Shown piece by piece: positions 10,101-22,600 of a stretch of 64,000 nt of DNA. Numbering within the stretch: position 1 is the stretch's first letter; every line of letters begins with the position of its first letter. The notes beneath the pieces were generated by a model. The model made no database searches. It saw only the letters and a list, made by a program, of their open reading frames with translations, and was not told where the DNA came from. The stretch comes from Ascidiella aspersa (taxonomy: Eukaryota): NCBI GenBank assembly GCA_963924565.1, contig OZ004607.1, positions 12,338,001-12,402,000 of the forward strand, in the 5' to 3' direction. The position numbers were made by a program, and so were the translations under genes.

Positions 10101-13100
10101 TTGTATTTTTACAAAAGGTAAGGTTCTTAAACGCTTATTTCTAATGCTGGCCAAAAATAGCTTTAAGTTTAAATCAAAACAGCTGTGGATTTACCCAATG
10201 TACAGAATGATTGAAAGACATATAGTTGGGTAGGTAATACTTTAGGGGCCTAATATTTAAAAGTTAAGTTAGTACAAATTTATTGTTGTTGTTTGACACA
10301 CACAACATCTCGACGTGCGTTGCTTTTCTTTTGTTCCCACTTACCATCATCCAAATGTTATACACTTCAATTTTACAATATATCTGTCAGACATTAACCT
10401 ACTAGACTTCTCTTTGGTCAGAGAACAGTGTGCGAGACAATTTATAACTTTAGTACTTATACACATTCAGTATATAGGCAAATGTGTTGGCGGCTATCTA
10501 TCATTTGAGTCATTTTCCCCCTTTATGTAGAGTTATACGAGTTATATCTATTAGTCAACTTTTATTTTCTCAATATTCAAAATTCAAACGATGTCCTTTC
10601 AGAAAATTGTTTAGGATTTAAACCAGTGGTTCTTGACCTTTTTTCCTGTGATGTCGAGCGCAAAAATGAAAATGCCAAGGGCAAAATGAAAACATTGCCT
10701 TATCGTGATTCATAAGATATGATGACACACATTACAACGGCAATATTGCAAAAACACTATAGATTAGCGCAAAAAACTTCGAGTCCCCCTGTTGCTAGGC
10801 TGTTATCATTTGTAAAGTATGGATAAAAAATAGTTCGAAAGGGGGTTCGAAAAATTGTATTTAAATAGGGCCGTTATACTTTCCATGATATGAAAACATG
10901 CAGTTGCATTCAAATAGACCTTGTGTTAAAAAAGTCAATAAAAGTAGAAAACTGAAGATTCGAGCGGAGTGCGAAATTTTTTGCAGTTTCAATGTTTGTC
11001 AAAAAACAGAGGTTGTACAGCTGTAGGAGTGGTGCCCAACACAAACGAAACCAATAAAATTGCTACATAAAATGAATAATGTAATAGAGCTCGCACCCCC
11101 CTAAGAATTGCTTGGCGCCCCCCGGTGAAGAACCGCTGATTTAAACGATACATGTTGTTCCAGAAAACCTACCCAGGCTGCTATCCTTCGACGAGATCCG
11201 ATGTTTGACATTCCTAGTCATTCCCACCCACCCAACATCACTTCCAACTACGTGTTTAACCCACTCCATTCACCTGCTGCCAGTTTCGACATCGAGGGGT
11301 CAACAGATGCCGGCGGAAAACCCACGAATCAACGCCTTGTTTCTAACAAGCTGTTAAAAAATCCTCGGACACAACATGGCGGCAACCTGTTTGATGTGCG
11401 GACATTTTTGTTCCCGGGCGGAATCAAAAGCGGGCGAAAATCGCCTGGCAACTCCTCCACGTCGGGTTCCGGGAGCGGAGATCAACTGAGCTTCAACGTT
11501 TCTAAGACAATCCCGACTTTCACTGTGACCACGTTGGCGATAAATTCGTCAGACGACGACAACACTTTCGGCACTTCGTCCGGCGCATCAACAACTGACG
11601 TGGAAACTCAAACCACAAAACCAATAACTACTACGACTACCACATCAACGACATCGACCATCGGCGAACCAAGCCCGGTGACACCCAAACCACGTTGGCT
11701 GAGCGGCTACTGGGGACAGGTGGGCTGTGTTCTGTCAAAGTTTTTGATAAATGTATAGTTAACTGATATTAAACAATTTAGTTCCCTTTTTTACCTGACG
11801 AATTATAAAAAAGCTTTCGGTGAGTGCCTTACATTTATTACGCATAAATTACAGCAAGACAACGTCTGAAACTTTTCTTGACTGCACCGAAATTTTATTA
11901 ACAAGTGTTGTAGTAGTGAACCAAGATACACTTACTTGCCCAAGTTGATGATTATCATCCCGAACACGTATTTGTTGGATTATTTGATTAAAAATCGTGT
12001 AATTTGAAAAAAATCGCAATTTCTCATTTAAAATTGCATTCTCAATTGTCCTTAAAAGATTGACGCTGATTTGTCGAGATTTCGGGGGATCCGGAAAGCA
12101 ATATTTGTTTTAACCGATTAGTACTATCAGTACCACTGAGATATTCTATCGTTCACAGATACGCTAGCATTTAAAAGGTGTAAGTAATATTTAAATTTTA
12201 TTCATAAAACCTTCAAAATTGTTAGTACTGCGCATTTGTTCGGTAGAAAAGGTTATAAGCAAAAAAACCTTTCTCAAAAATGGCAAACTTGGTAAGCGTT
12301 TTACCGAAAAAACTAAACCCTTGAACCTTTTGGTCTACACTTTTGTATACTCTAAAATCAATAAAACTGTGTCAATAATTAGAAAATTTCTAGTTGAATA
12401 TTCATGATTTTTGAACATTCAGTGCTCAACAAGCTGTGGTGAAGGCGCCCGCATCCGTAACGTTGTTTGCAGCGGAGGACCTGACAGGTGCGACAACAAA
12501 ACCAAGCCAGCCCCCGCCCAGAGGTGCAACCTTAAGCCGTGCTCGTTGTGGAAGTACGGCGGCTGGACTAAGGTACGCCGATGTTTTTCTGGTTGTGCTT
12601 CTCCAAACCAAATATTTTGACATTGTTAAAAATATGTAGGCTGTTTAGTTCTACAGCCTGGGATTTTTATCAAGTTCCCTGCTTGCTGGTTACCAGTTGA
12701 TTAACTTTTCGCCCTCCAGCTGATAAGTAAATAACGTTCCCAGCTTCTTGTAAACAGGATTCGGTTTGTCCAATTTTCTAAAAAATGTCGATTCGTCTTA
12801 TCAAATATCGCTTCCCGCTGGTCCACCGGTATCAATTTTGAATCAACTTGCCACCGCACATCAACTAATTAGCTTTTTGCTAAAATGTTGTGTAGTAATT
12901 TTAAGTTCTTAATAACAATTGCTTAATCTCTTGAGTCTGTGTTATAACCGGTACAAAAACGTACCCGTAACTTAAGGTAATTTCGAGTAGTAAACAACAT
13001 ATCCCCGCTATTTTAATGCTTTTACTGGTGTTCTGGTGTTTCTAAAAACGTATACTACACCAAACCTCAGTGTTCCCGCCTCTGTGGACGCGGCCTGAAG

Positions 13101-16100
13101 TTTCGCAAAATCCAGTGCCGCAACTCGCTCACCAACGACCTCCTTCGTCCGTACCACTGCAAGACCGTGCCGCGATTGCGAGCGATTAACGCGACATGCG
13201 ACATGAAGCGTTGTATGCCTTGGAAAACGTCAAGATGGAGCAGGGTAAGAGGCGTCTGATGCATTCCCCTGTTCTAAATTTCAAACAATAAAAACGACCA
13301 TTTTTGGCAATCGATTACCAATTTTAGTTTGGCAGAAATGTCTGTGTGAATTAAAATGAAAAATAAGTCCAAAGAGTATCATCATAAATGTACATATATT
13401 TACAAATAATACACACCAGACACACAAACACCTATATCTATTTCAAACATATATTTCCTTTGTGATCTAGTTTTCATGAGACCACCTAATGTTTGTTGCT
13501 CTCCACGAAAGCAGGAATCCATATGAAAAACTAAAAAAAATATTAATTGGGCCACTCTCTTTGTAACTCCACTTGTGGTTTAAGGCTCTTCCTTTTCCTC
13601 ATCCAGTGACGTTATGTACTACACTATTTTGTATTGATCGTGGATGGGGAGAAAAATTGAAACTTTAAACTTGAAACAACTTTAACCTATTTTTTGGTTT
13701 TAGTAAAAACGAACTGATTTCTTGACTTAACGTTGCTCTACAATTCATTTGCTATATACCATGGTTTCAATTTGCTCTGCAGTGCAACGCGACATGCGGG
13801 CCCGGTTCACAAAGACGGCGCATCGCGTGTTCCAAGGAGGGCATGTGCGACCCCGCCGCCCGACCCGCGGTCATTCAGCAGTGCACAATGCGCGTTTGCG
13901 TCGAATGGAGAACCACGGCATGGGAACGGGTATAAATTTCAAATACTTTTTTGGTCGTTTTTTTTACTTATTGAAACCCACACTTCGGTATAAAAGTGTT
14001 TTTACACGTCGTTAGTAAACCATCGTTAGGTCAGCTTGTCGGCCACGATTCCGAAAAAAATGGTTTATTTATACCAATTTGGCTTTGGTAATTTCTTTCA
14101 AATCGAAAATATTGCGAGTCTTTGTCTCAAACCTATTAATTTTTTTTTGCTGTTTTTGCTGTGTTTTAAATGTATTTTTAGGTTACTTAAAACAAGAATG
14201 CCACTTTTATACGAAAACTACGAGCCTCATGTTTTTTATTGAATGCCAAACGTTGACTTGAAATCTGTCGATATATTTTGCACCAGGTTTCTATATTTTG
14301 ACCACCTATTAATATATAATTTGCATATCCCCCAAAAATAATGTGCAATGCATAAATCAAAGGGATACAAAAATGATCTGTGAAACCTATGACACAATGT
14401 CGATTGCGTTTACCGCAAAAGCTGTATATCTAGTTTAACTTACGATGTGTTTATCCGTTTTTTACTAACTCGATTGTGTTACTGATTGTAATTGTTTAAG
14501 CCTTTAGATCAGCATACCGATATTTCACTTTTCATAAATCAGCCATTTTACCATACGTACCACAGCATATTTAATTCGCTTTCACACCTTGTTAGTACGA
14601 AAACGCTAACTTATTTGTGCTGCTTAAAAGTAATTCACACTGCATGTTTCACTAGCAAATCTTTTTTTGTGAAAACGCAGGGGTATGTAATCTTTTTAGA
14701 ATAAAATGAAGAGCAAAACCTATGCGAGATATTGTATTAACTTTGACAAAGCCGTGGTTCTAATGTTAAAACATGTTTATCAACATCTAATTGGATTTTG
14801 TTATCGATTCTATACCCTATACAGGAATATTTACCCTTTTTTAACGCAATGTAAATATATTCATTGCTAATCAGCATATTTGTCAGTTTGACAACGTACC
14901 AAAAAAGAAAGTAAATTTGTGCCAAAAGTTTCCACTTAAATGCTTTTCTGAAATAAGCAAAATAACTTTTGTGTTTTTTATTTAATGGGCGCTAAACGAA
15001 ATGCTTGCTCAAATTACCCTGGAATTTTAATGATTTGCTTGCTTTTGATGCACGATTTGTCGAATCATACACGATTGTAAATATAGTGCGTCGTCTCCGT
15101 AGCGAATTTGCTGAATGCAAGCTCAGGACCAATTCAATTAACAGCGACATGTTCAACATCAAACATGTGGCCGGAAATTGGTTTAGCTACAAACAGCAAA
15201 GTAGCTATGGAGACGACATTGTTTTACAAGTGTTGCATGTCACAGGAAATTTGTATGTTGTCACACTTCACTTTTCACATCGTTTCGTGCTGCTTTGTCA
15301 CAATGGATTGCTTTTTGCTTGCAAATAAAATAAACAAAAAAAGTTATAACAAACAGTACAGATTGGAAAATTGACTGATAATAATTAATCAGACCGCGGA
15401 ATTTTTAGAAAATTTCAGCTTATCGAAAGCCGCTAAAGTAGAAAACTACTGAATTAATCCAGAAGTTTAATCACTCATTTTGTAGCTTCGCTGCTTCATC
15501 ATCGTGTTAAGTGTTCGCTAACATGTAATTTACTAAGTCTTGTGTTTTTTTAACTTGAACTACACCCTTTAATATTATACGTTTATTGGCTTGGCTGGTC
15601 GCATAGTTTCCGAGATTGTCGCATGCAATCAAGAGTAAAAGTGCACGCCTAATTCAGCTTGATCGGTTTTGATGTGATTTGTAGCCAAAACTGTTCGTCC
15701 TTATTAAACCTAATAATTGTAGGCTATAGCTTTCGTAACAGAACAGCTTGTTGTGTTTGATAGCAGCGCTCGTTTGCATGTTTGTGCCGCTTGGAAAATG
15801 GATCACTCACGTAAAAGATCTCCTGACAGTTAATTAAAATGTTTTTGTTACTTGAAAAATATTTGCAAAGAAATCACATAACTCATCAAGGAGATCCGGA
15901 CTAACAAAACCTGTATAAAAAACGCCTGAACAACTCATTGCTTACCCTTACTATAGTCCAAAAAAATTATTTCGATAATTAATCAAAGTGGGTCAATTTT
16001 TACCGCATTTGCAAATTTCGTCAATATATTTGAAAGTTGCAATAACATTGATACAAAAGGGGATTCTGACACTTTTTGAAGTGGTTGTAGGCGACTGGAC

Positions 16101-17756
16101 TGTTCACCTGTAGAAACACGATTCGCTGAGTCACAGCGAAAGCTAAAATCGTGACGGTTTGCACGCTTTACCTTAATGTTGCAGTGTTCTGTCAACTGCG
16201 GCACTGGCCTGCAGCAGCGCGCGGCCGAATGCGTGGAAACGGCTTCGGGCAAGCTGAGCAATAAGTGTAGCAACTCGATGAAACCTCGGACACTGCAGAA
16301 GTGCAACTTGGGAAGATGTCGCGTAACGGATTTCGGTGGGTTCTCGGCAGTGTTATAAACAAGTCATTTTGAAATGTCTTAAGTCCCAGTCAAGTCATTT
16401 GTAAAAAACTTAAGTCCAAGTCAAGTCTATTTGAATAAAAAAAAGTCAAGTTCCAGTACAAGTCATCAGTTGCGCAAGTCAAGTCCCAGTGCTAAACTAT
16501 TCGAATTTTTAAAGTGGTACGATTATAAACAATAACTGAACTACAAAAAAGAAAACGCAACATATAGCAAGCAAATTGTTTTATGTGCAAAAATTTGGTT
16601 AAATAGCTTAATCCTAAAAAAAATACTTAAAGAAAACATTTCATTTCAACCCAATTTATTTGTCCGAAAGGCTTAAGTAAAGTCATGCAGCGACTTAAGT
16701 GTAAAAGTCATGCAGCGACTTAAGTGTACTTAAGTCAAGTCATTGGCTTATTGATTTAAGTCATTACAACAGTGGTTCTCGGCGTAGTTAACTTAAGTCC
16801 AAATCTCCAAGCACGTTACTATTGCGATGCAAAAACCCAGGGCTTCCCAAACTTTTTCATCTGCTACCTTCAAAAAATATTGCAAATTTCTACTACGATT
16901 AAAGTTTGACTGTGATAAAATGAAAATATTTATATGCCAGTTTCGGCACACATTTGTTGAAATAATAATGTACAATTTAGTTGGGAATTATAACTTTTAG
17001 TTGCGAATTACATTAGTATTAACAAATGCCGTTTAAAATTCAGAAAAAACTACGATTCGTAAAGATAAAACAGTAAGGCTTATCGCAACCTACTGCAGGG
17101 TGCAAACCCCTACTTTGGTAAGCTTTTACATTAGGTAGAATCGCCGCATTGTAAGTGGTCGAACGCTGAAAGGCCTTTTCCATCTTCCAAGACCAGAGTT
17201 ATAGCGACAAGGGGCTAAAATAACGGACTTGATTTACTTCTTTCAAAGTCGTTGTTATTTATTTGAAAGGACAGGGCTATTTAGGTTATGTTTGATAAAC
17301 ATTCGATATCCACCGATTTTACTAAGTCTTAATTGGATTTTTTTAAATATATTTTTAAAGTTTAGTAGTATCCTAAGATTTTATAAAGTTTTAATTGGAT
17401 TTTTTATATATATTTTAAATTTTAGTAGTACTATTTGAAAAGGGCTTGAGCAATATTTTTGAAATGACACGATTGTTTTCACCTAAATATATATTTAAAA
17501 TGAGTATTTTCAAGTTTTTAACCACTACTTAGTGTTGTTGCTATTGGCTTGAATCAATATTCAAAGAAAATATTTGAAATGTACTCTTCACATTTTATGC
17601 ACAGATTTTAGCGCATGCACTGGTGATCGATTGAAAACAATGTTTTGCAAAGTCCTAAAGAAATGGGGAAAGTGCGTTCAACCGTCGCTTGCGATTCAAT
17701 GTTGTGCTACTTGCACAACATTTACGAGCGTTCGAAGAAAAGATAAGATTTCGTGA
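7105..17756 (+). CDS. ADAMTS7/12: ADAMTS7/12-type metalloprotease, 3' half (spacer end, TSP1 x3, mucin-like region, TSP1 x4, PLAC); 5' exons lie left of the window
   Basis: Phase-consistent exons 7105-7218, 7550-7691, 8068-8194, 8816-9035, 9465-10036, 11164-11719, 12423-12572, 13071-13244, 13783-13929, 16185-16335, 17605-17756. WxxxxWxxCSxxCG TSP1 motifs, a Thr/Ser-rich exon, and terminal PLAC ([11 protein letters not shown]...QCCATC). The 3 TSR + mucin + 4 TSR + PLAC order is the ADAMTS7/12 architecture. Confidence 0.9.
10624..11138. mobile_element. hAT-type MITE
   Basis: TIRs CAGTGGTTCTT / AAGAACCGCTG; exact 8-bp TSD ATTTAAAC (10616-10623, 11139-11146). Confidence 0.85.
15090..15217. repeat. 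Imperfect intronic inverted repeat / long hairpin (copy B 53477-53604)
   Basis: gtcgtctccgtagcgaatttgctg pairs with cagcaaagtagctatggagacgac (21/24); inner stems agct/agct, accaatt/aattggt, acatgtt/aacatgt. Confidence 0.7.
16348..16774. mobile_element. hAT-type MITE with AAGTC/GACTT subterminal repeats
   Basis: Ends CAGTGTT / AACAGTG; exact 8-bp TSD GTTCTCGG (16340-16347, 16775-16782). Confidence 0.85.
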
Positions 17757-18249
17757 TCGTTTTTGTGACGAAATTTAAAATAGGTTTAAATTGTTTGTTT
17801 TGAACCATCTTGCAAAGGGCAACGTTTATTGCCCCAAAACGGTAAAACTGTGGCACCGTTTTATTTACGTTTATATTTTTTCGTTTGCTTCTGTGATTTG
17901 TCTGCGTATTACTATAGGTATTATTATATGAATAAGGATTATATTTTGTGGCTGAAGGTTTGATCTTCTTGCCTAACAAAACTATTTGACACATGGGTGT
18001 TATCAGTAGTGGGCCGCCATAGTTAAGAACCGGTTGGCTTGTCTACTCATTTTTGAAAGCCAACTTTTTCTTTATAAGGGTATTAGAATACCACTATTTA
18101 GGTAATTACTGCTTGCAGATTGGTTCGTTAGGTAAAAAAACTTTAGGTAAAAAAAACCTAACTGGAAATCAACTTGTAGACCTAAATAAAGTAATTGATT
18201 TAGGATAATTACGTGAACTCTGAAAGGAACCGACTCCCACGATCTAGTA

Positions 18250-18625
18250 CAGTGGTTGTTAACCTTTTTTGTATGTTTTACCCTTTTAAAAAAGATAAAA
18301 ATCTCATTTACCCCCAATATATAAAGTGGTGCTCATTTATTAAAAAAAATAAAAGTAACAAATTGCATCAGTTATATTCAGATCGACGGCTGCCCTTGTT
18401 TTTTGACAACGAGTTGTTCAATGTCTGTTAAAGTAGCCCATAATGCAAAACGAATATGAAATTCAACACGTGAAGTCGGTTTCGTTCTTTATATTTGATA
18501 TGCAGAAAAGCCGCTTCGCATCAGTTTGTTCAAAAAAACGTAACAACAATATTTAGAGCTGAAATACTTCTCCTTGGATTTACCCCTCAAAAACGAGCAA
18601 ATTTACCCCAGGTTAAAAAAGAATG
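18250..18625. mobile_element. hAT/Charlie-like MITE
   Basis: Left end CAGTGGTTGTTAACC, decayed right end GGTTAAAAAAGAATG; exact 8-bp TSD ATCTAGTA. Confidence 0.75.
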
Positions 18626-19295
18626 ATCTAGTACTAATCGGTTAAATCTCATCACTGAAAATAAATTTATTAAACACTGAAACATGGCATGACATCGTTT
18701 TTTGGTTAGAACGACCCATGCAATCTGAAATGCTTTGCTTATCGTTTTATAGCAAAATTTTCCAATGCCTTTTCCGTCTTAGCATTTTGCAGAGATAGAT
18801 CATTAACGTGAAGTTAAACAACAATATGCTGATAGTAAAAATAGTGTTAAAGTTTATATTGAGTGTCATTTAAAAAGCTCCAAATTCACCATGACAGAAA
18901 GTAAAATTGAATAACCTTTCATAACTGTTGTCAATTTTCAACGTGCTTCAGTTCGCTGGCTGTGAAGTTTCCTTATTGTTTTTTATTTCACTTCCTGAGT
19001 CATAGATCCAAATTAACGATGTCAACTTCAGTTTATTGCATTCTGACCAAAACAGCAAAGCCGAATAAACGAATACGCTTGCTTGACTATCAACTTACGA
19101 AGTAACGACTTCTGTAAAAACTGTTTCAGTTCAAATATAATGATGTCGACATTAAACGTTTTTTAGAATTTTCAACCATAATGAAAACACAACTGTTATT
19201 CCGATTACGCGTTTTAGTAATTTAAATCGTACTCCGTGCACGTCAGCATAGATGTATTGTACAGTTTTGCGAATGCATATTTTATCGGTTATAAA

Positions 19296-19686
19296 TAGGG
19301 AGATTATTTTTTACCTAAAAAATAGGAAATTTTGATCTGAAAAACTAAAATTTTGACAAATTTTGACCTAAAAATAATTTATTTTGACAAAATTTTGACG
19401 TGTTAGAAATACATTGATTTAAATAACCTAGGCGTCGTTAATCACTCGTTTTTTATGCCGTATATTGCTCTTAATAAAGATATAATACGGCTATAATGAC
19501 TTTGAACATAAATCAAAGCTAAATTTTTTTTGATGACATTGAACGATAAATTTCAAAACAACTGAATGACGAATTTCAAAAGCTGACTATAGTTTTTTTT
19601 TTAATTTTTTTAATTTTTGTTTTAATTTTTTTTTTAATTTTTGACAAATTTTGACATTTTCTGACAAGTAAAAAATAATCACCCTA
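19296..19686. mobile_element. hAT-type MITE with TAGGG termini
   Basis: TIRs TAGGGAGATTATTTTTTAC / GTAAAAAATAATCACCCTA; TSD GTTATAAA/GTTATAAG; repeated TTTTGAC subterminal motifs. Confidence 0.8.
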
Positions 19687-22600
19687 GTTATAAGTGATCG
19701 AAGCAGCATAACACATATATCTCACTTCTTTCCAAGTGTCAACGGTGCTTTTTTCGCTATTTTCGTCGGTGCTTTTTTTTCTCGTTTCTGAATCGCTAAA
19801 TGTTTAAGTTTTGTTTTTAGTGCGCTCATATATCAACTCGCTTAAAGAAAATTCAGCATACACGTACAATCGTACATCCTTCGTAGTGCTTTTGTTATGG
19901 AATAAATTGGCAAGCTTTTTATGAATGTATCAAAAGAATGGAACTGCGATGACTATCGTTCAAAATTCCATGGAGTATGGAAATCAAGTATTTGTTTGTA
20001 AGGGTTCCATAAAAAAATATAAGGGCCCATATTTAACACGTTACCAGTTTAAGTGATGCATGATGCCAAAAAGTGCGTTCTTATTAAAACTTATATGTTT
20101 TAAAGTTCCGTATTGTTGCGTTAGGCGGCTAGGCTACTGATGGACAACTATAGCCAGATACCGTAAGCCGTATTTCTTATTTTTAAGCAAACTGTCACAA
20201 ACAAAAGGACAGAAATGATGGCCAAGCCGTTTCTTTCTAACTAATACAAACCTACTTTAGCTGAGCTATGTATATTGTAAATATTGCACACAACCGTAGT
20301 TAAATCCTGCAGTAATACTAATTGGTATTTTAACTGGGGATGTAAATAAATGTCATTAACCTGCCGAAGGACATTTATTGGCGATAAATATTTTTTTATC
20401 GCCTTTTCCGCTCACGGTTTATTGGTAGAAATACTTACCCCAGGAATAATTTCTCATCGCATCACTACCTCTCTCTACCAAACATTGTTAACTAATTATG
20501 TGGCCCGAAAAAAAAATTTTTTTTAGGACACATGTTGTTTTTGTCTGAATTATTTATTTTATTTTTTTTTTTTCAGTCAATTTTTTATGGCTCACTTTTG
20601 ACAAGGAAAAAAACATAGTTGGAACATGAAATTTTCACAACTGTTAAATACCCTCAAAGTTGTTTCTAATATAAAAAAAATTTGCCTAGGTTCTAATGGT
20701 TGGTTTTTAGGGGGGCAAAACTGTCATTTTTTGCTAATTTTGGTTTTAGGCACTTTTCATAGATAAAACAAATGTAAAAAAAATCTGATATATTTATGGA
20801 TGATGGATACATGACATACACAATGCTAAGTAACAAAATTTTAAACCTTGCCCCTGAACTGTTTATCCGGGGGGGTCAAAATGCACAACACTTTAGGAAA
20901 TTTCATTGATATATTTACACTAGAATTTCACAAATGTTAGAGAACCATTTAAAGCTGATGTTAAAAAAAACATTTTACCTCTTGAAAAAAGGGGAGTATT
21001 TTAGGGGGGCAAAATTAAAATTCGGCCGTTTTTGTGTTTAGAGGTGTCTAAAAAACTAAAGAAAACATTGTAAAACAGTTTTCAATTTTAAAGACAAATT
21101 ATAGGTTGCTTCACAGCAAAATTTTGACCTTCAACTCAAAATAATTAACCCATGGGGGAAAATATTTAACCAAAAATATAGAAATTAAAGTGATTTTTTG
21201 ATGGAATAAAAATTGCAAACAGAGTGGTGTACAGTGCCTGGCAGATTTTTCATTTAAACTTGCGTCGGTAAAATATGTTGTTTTGTAAAAGCAATGAGTT
21301 AATTTGCTAAGAGAAACCTCTTTCTAAAAGGCAAGTCGCACGCGCTTAGTTTCACTGATACGAGACACTTTGCACGATGAATGTTGCCCGCGCTGGACAA
21401 AATAAGCATAGCAGGGAGCCAGCCGCTCGCGGCCAGAATAAAGCAAGCGATATGACCAAATTCTATATTGAAGGTTTTCTGCCGCTAGATTAGAGTAGAT
21501 AGCTGTAAAGAACTAAATCGATTACGTCACACTATTGACTTTTGTCCCCAATTAGAGGCGTATAGGGGTGCAAGAAAAAATTGTCAAATATTTATTAATT
21601 ATAAAGACAAGTTATAGGTTTGCTTCGCAGCAAAATTTATATTAAGACCACTGGCAATCTATCTTGTAAAAGTGCACCATGTCCAACCTATAACACGCAA
21701 CTTCGGGCCACATCCGCTTTTGCCTGCTAAAGCACCGAAACTGGAAGCACAACATTGGGAGTATATGGACACTGACAAATAAGACCCGTTGAAAGAATAT
21801 AGAATAACCAAGGAATAACACCCTGGTAAAGTATAGTGGAACTGCGCTATACCCCCCCCCCCCTGGTATAATATAGTAGAACCGCGCTATAACCCCCTAG
21901 CAAAATATACAAAAACCGCACACCCTGTCTAGTTTTTATCGCTTTCAAACTTAAGGAGTTATACGGACCGACTTCAATGAAAGGTGTAGGCCTATATGAA
22001 CAGCAATAACCACAGGCCACGAAGTTTAAAGTAGTATTAGACTATCATAATTAAACTATTAACGCAAAATTCGGATTTAATGTCCCATATAAAGCTCAGT
22101 TTTTCAGTTAGAATAACTACAAGTTATAATATAATGTTTATAAAGGCAGGGATACCAAGAGCATCTATACGGAGAAGCAAAAACTACTCAAAAAAGAGTC
22201 AAACAAAAAAAATATAACAATATTCACAAAAATTCTCTAAAAAATCACCTTAGAGATGGAAAAGGAAAAAGCCTAACATTTATAAGCATTTTATTATTAC
22301 AACAAGGCTCGTGTCACGAGTCTTCCCACTCCCTTTTTGGCGGACATATTACCGGGCGTACGGACCAACTGAAGAAGAAAAATGGGGTTGAGAATTACCG
22401 TCGTGGCGAGCGGACCGAAATACAAGAAGACGCGTTCCTGAGATAGGCCTTGTAGAGCCAAGAAACCCGACGGCTCCCAGGCCAATCGCAAAAGTATGGA
22501 CCACGGTGCCTGCGTGCGTGCAACGATCGAGGGTTGAGCCGCTCTTAATCCGGGCTCTGCGTTACGTTAAGGGAAGGGTCGATGGGCTGAAGGTCGTACA

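Noticed and set aside
15005-15374. 107-aa and 88-aa intronic ORFs retained in both copies
   Set aside because: Non-ATG starts, no recognisable motifs; retention is uninformative given how recent the duplication is.
15740-16175. Run of minus-strand donor/acceptor-like motifs suggesting another nested gene
   Set aside because: I could not assemble a continuous frame, and copy B has frame-breaking indels here, including a 23-bp tandem duplication at 54428-54473.
16370-16765. Short AAGTC/GACTTAAG repeats resembling an array
   Set aside because: No constant repeat-spacer structure; they are MITE subterminal repeats in eukaryotic DNA, not CRISPR.
16838-17127. Possible additional Charlie-like MITE (CAGGGCTTCCCAAAC...)
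   Set aside because: Right end is decayed, no TSD found, and the left end is deleted in copy B; too weak to annotate.
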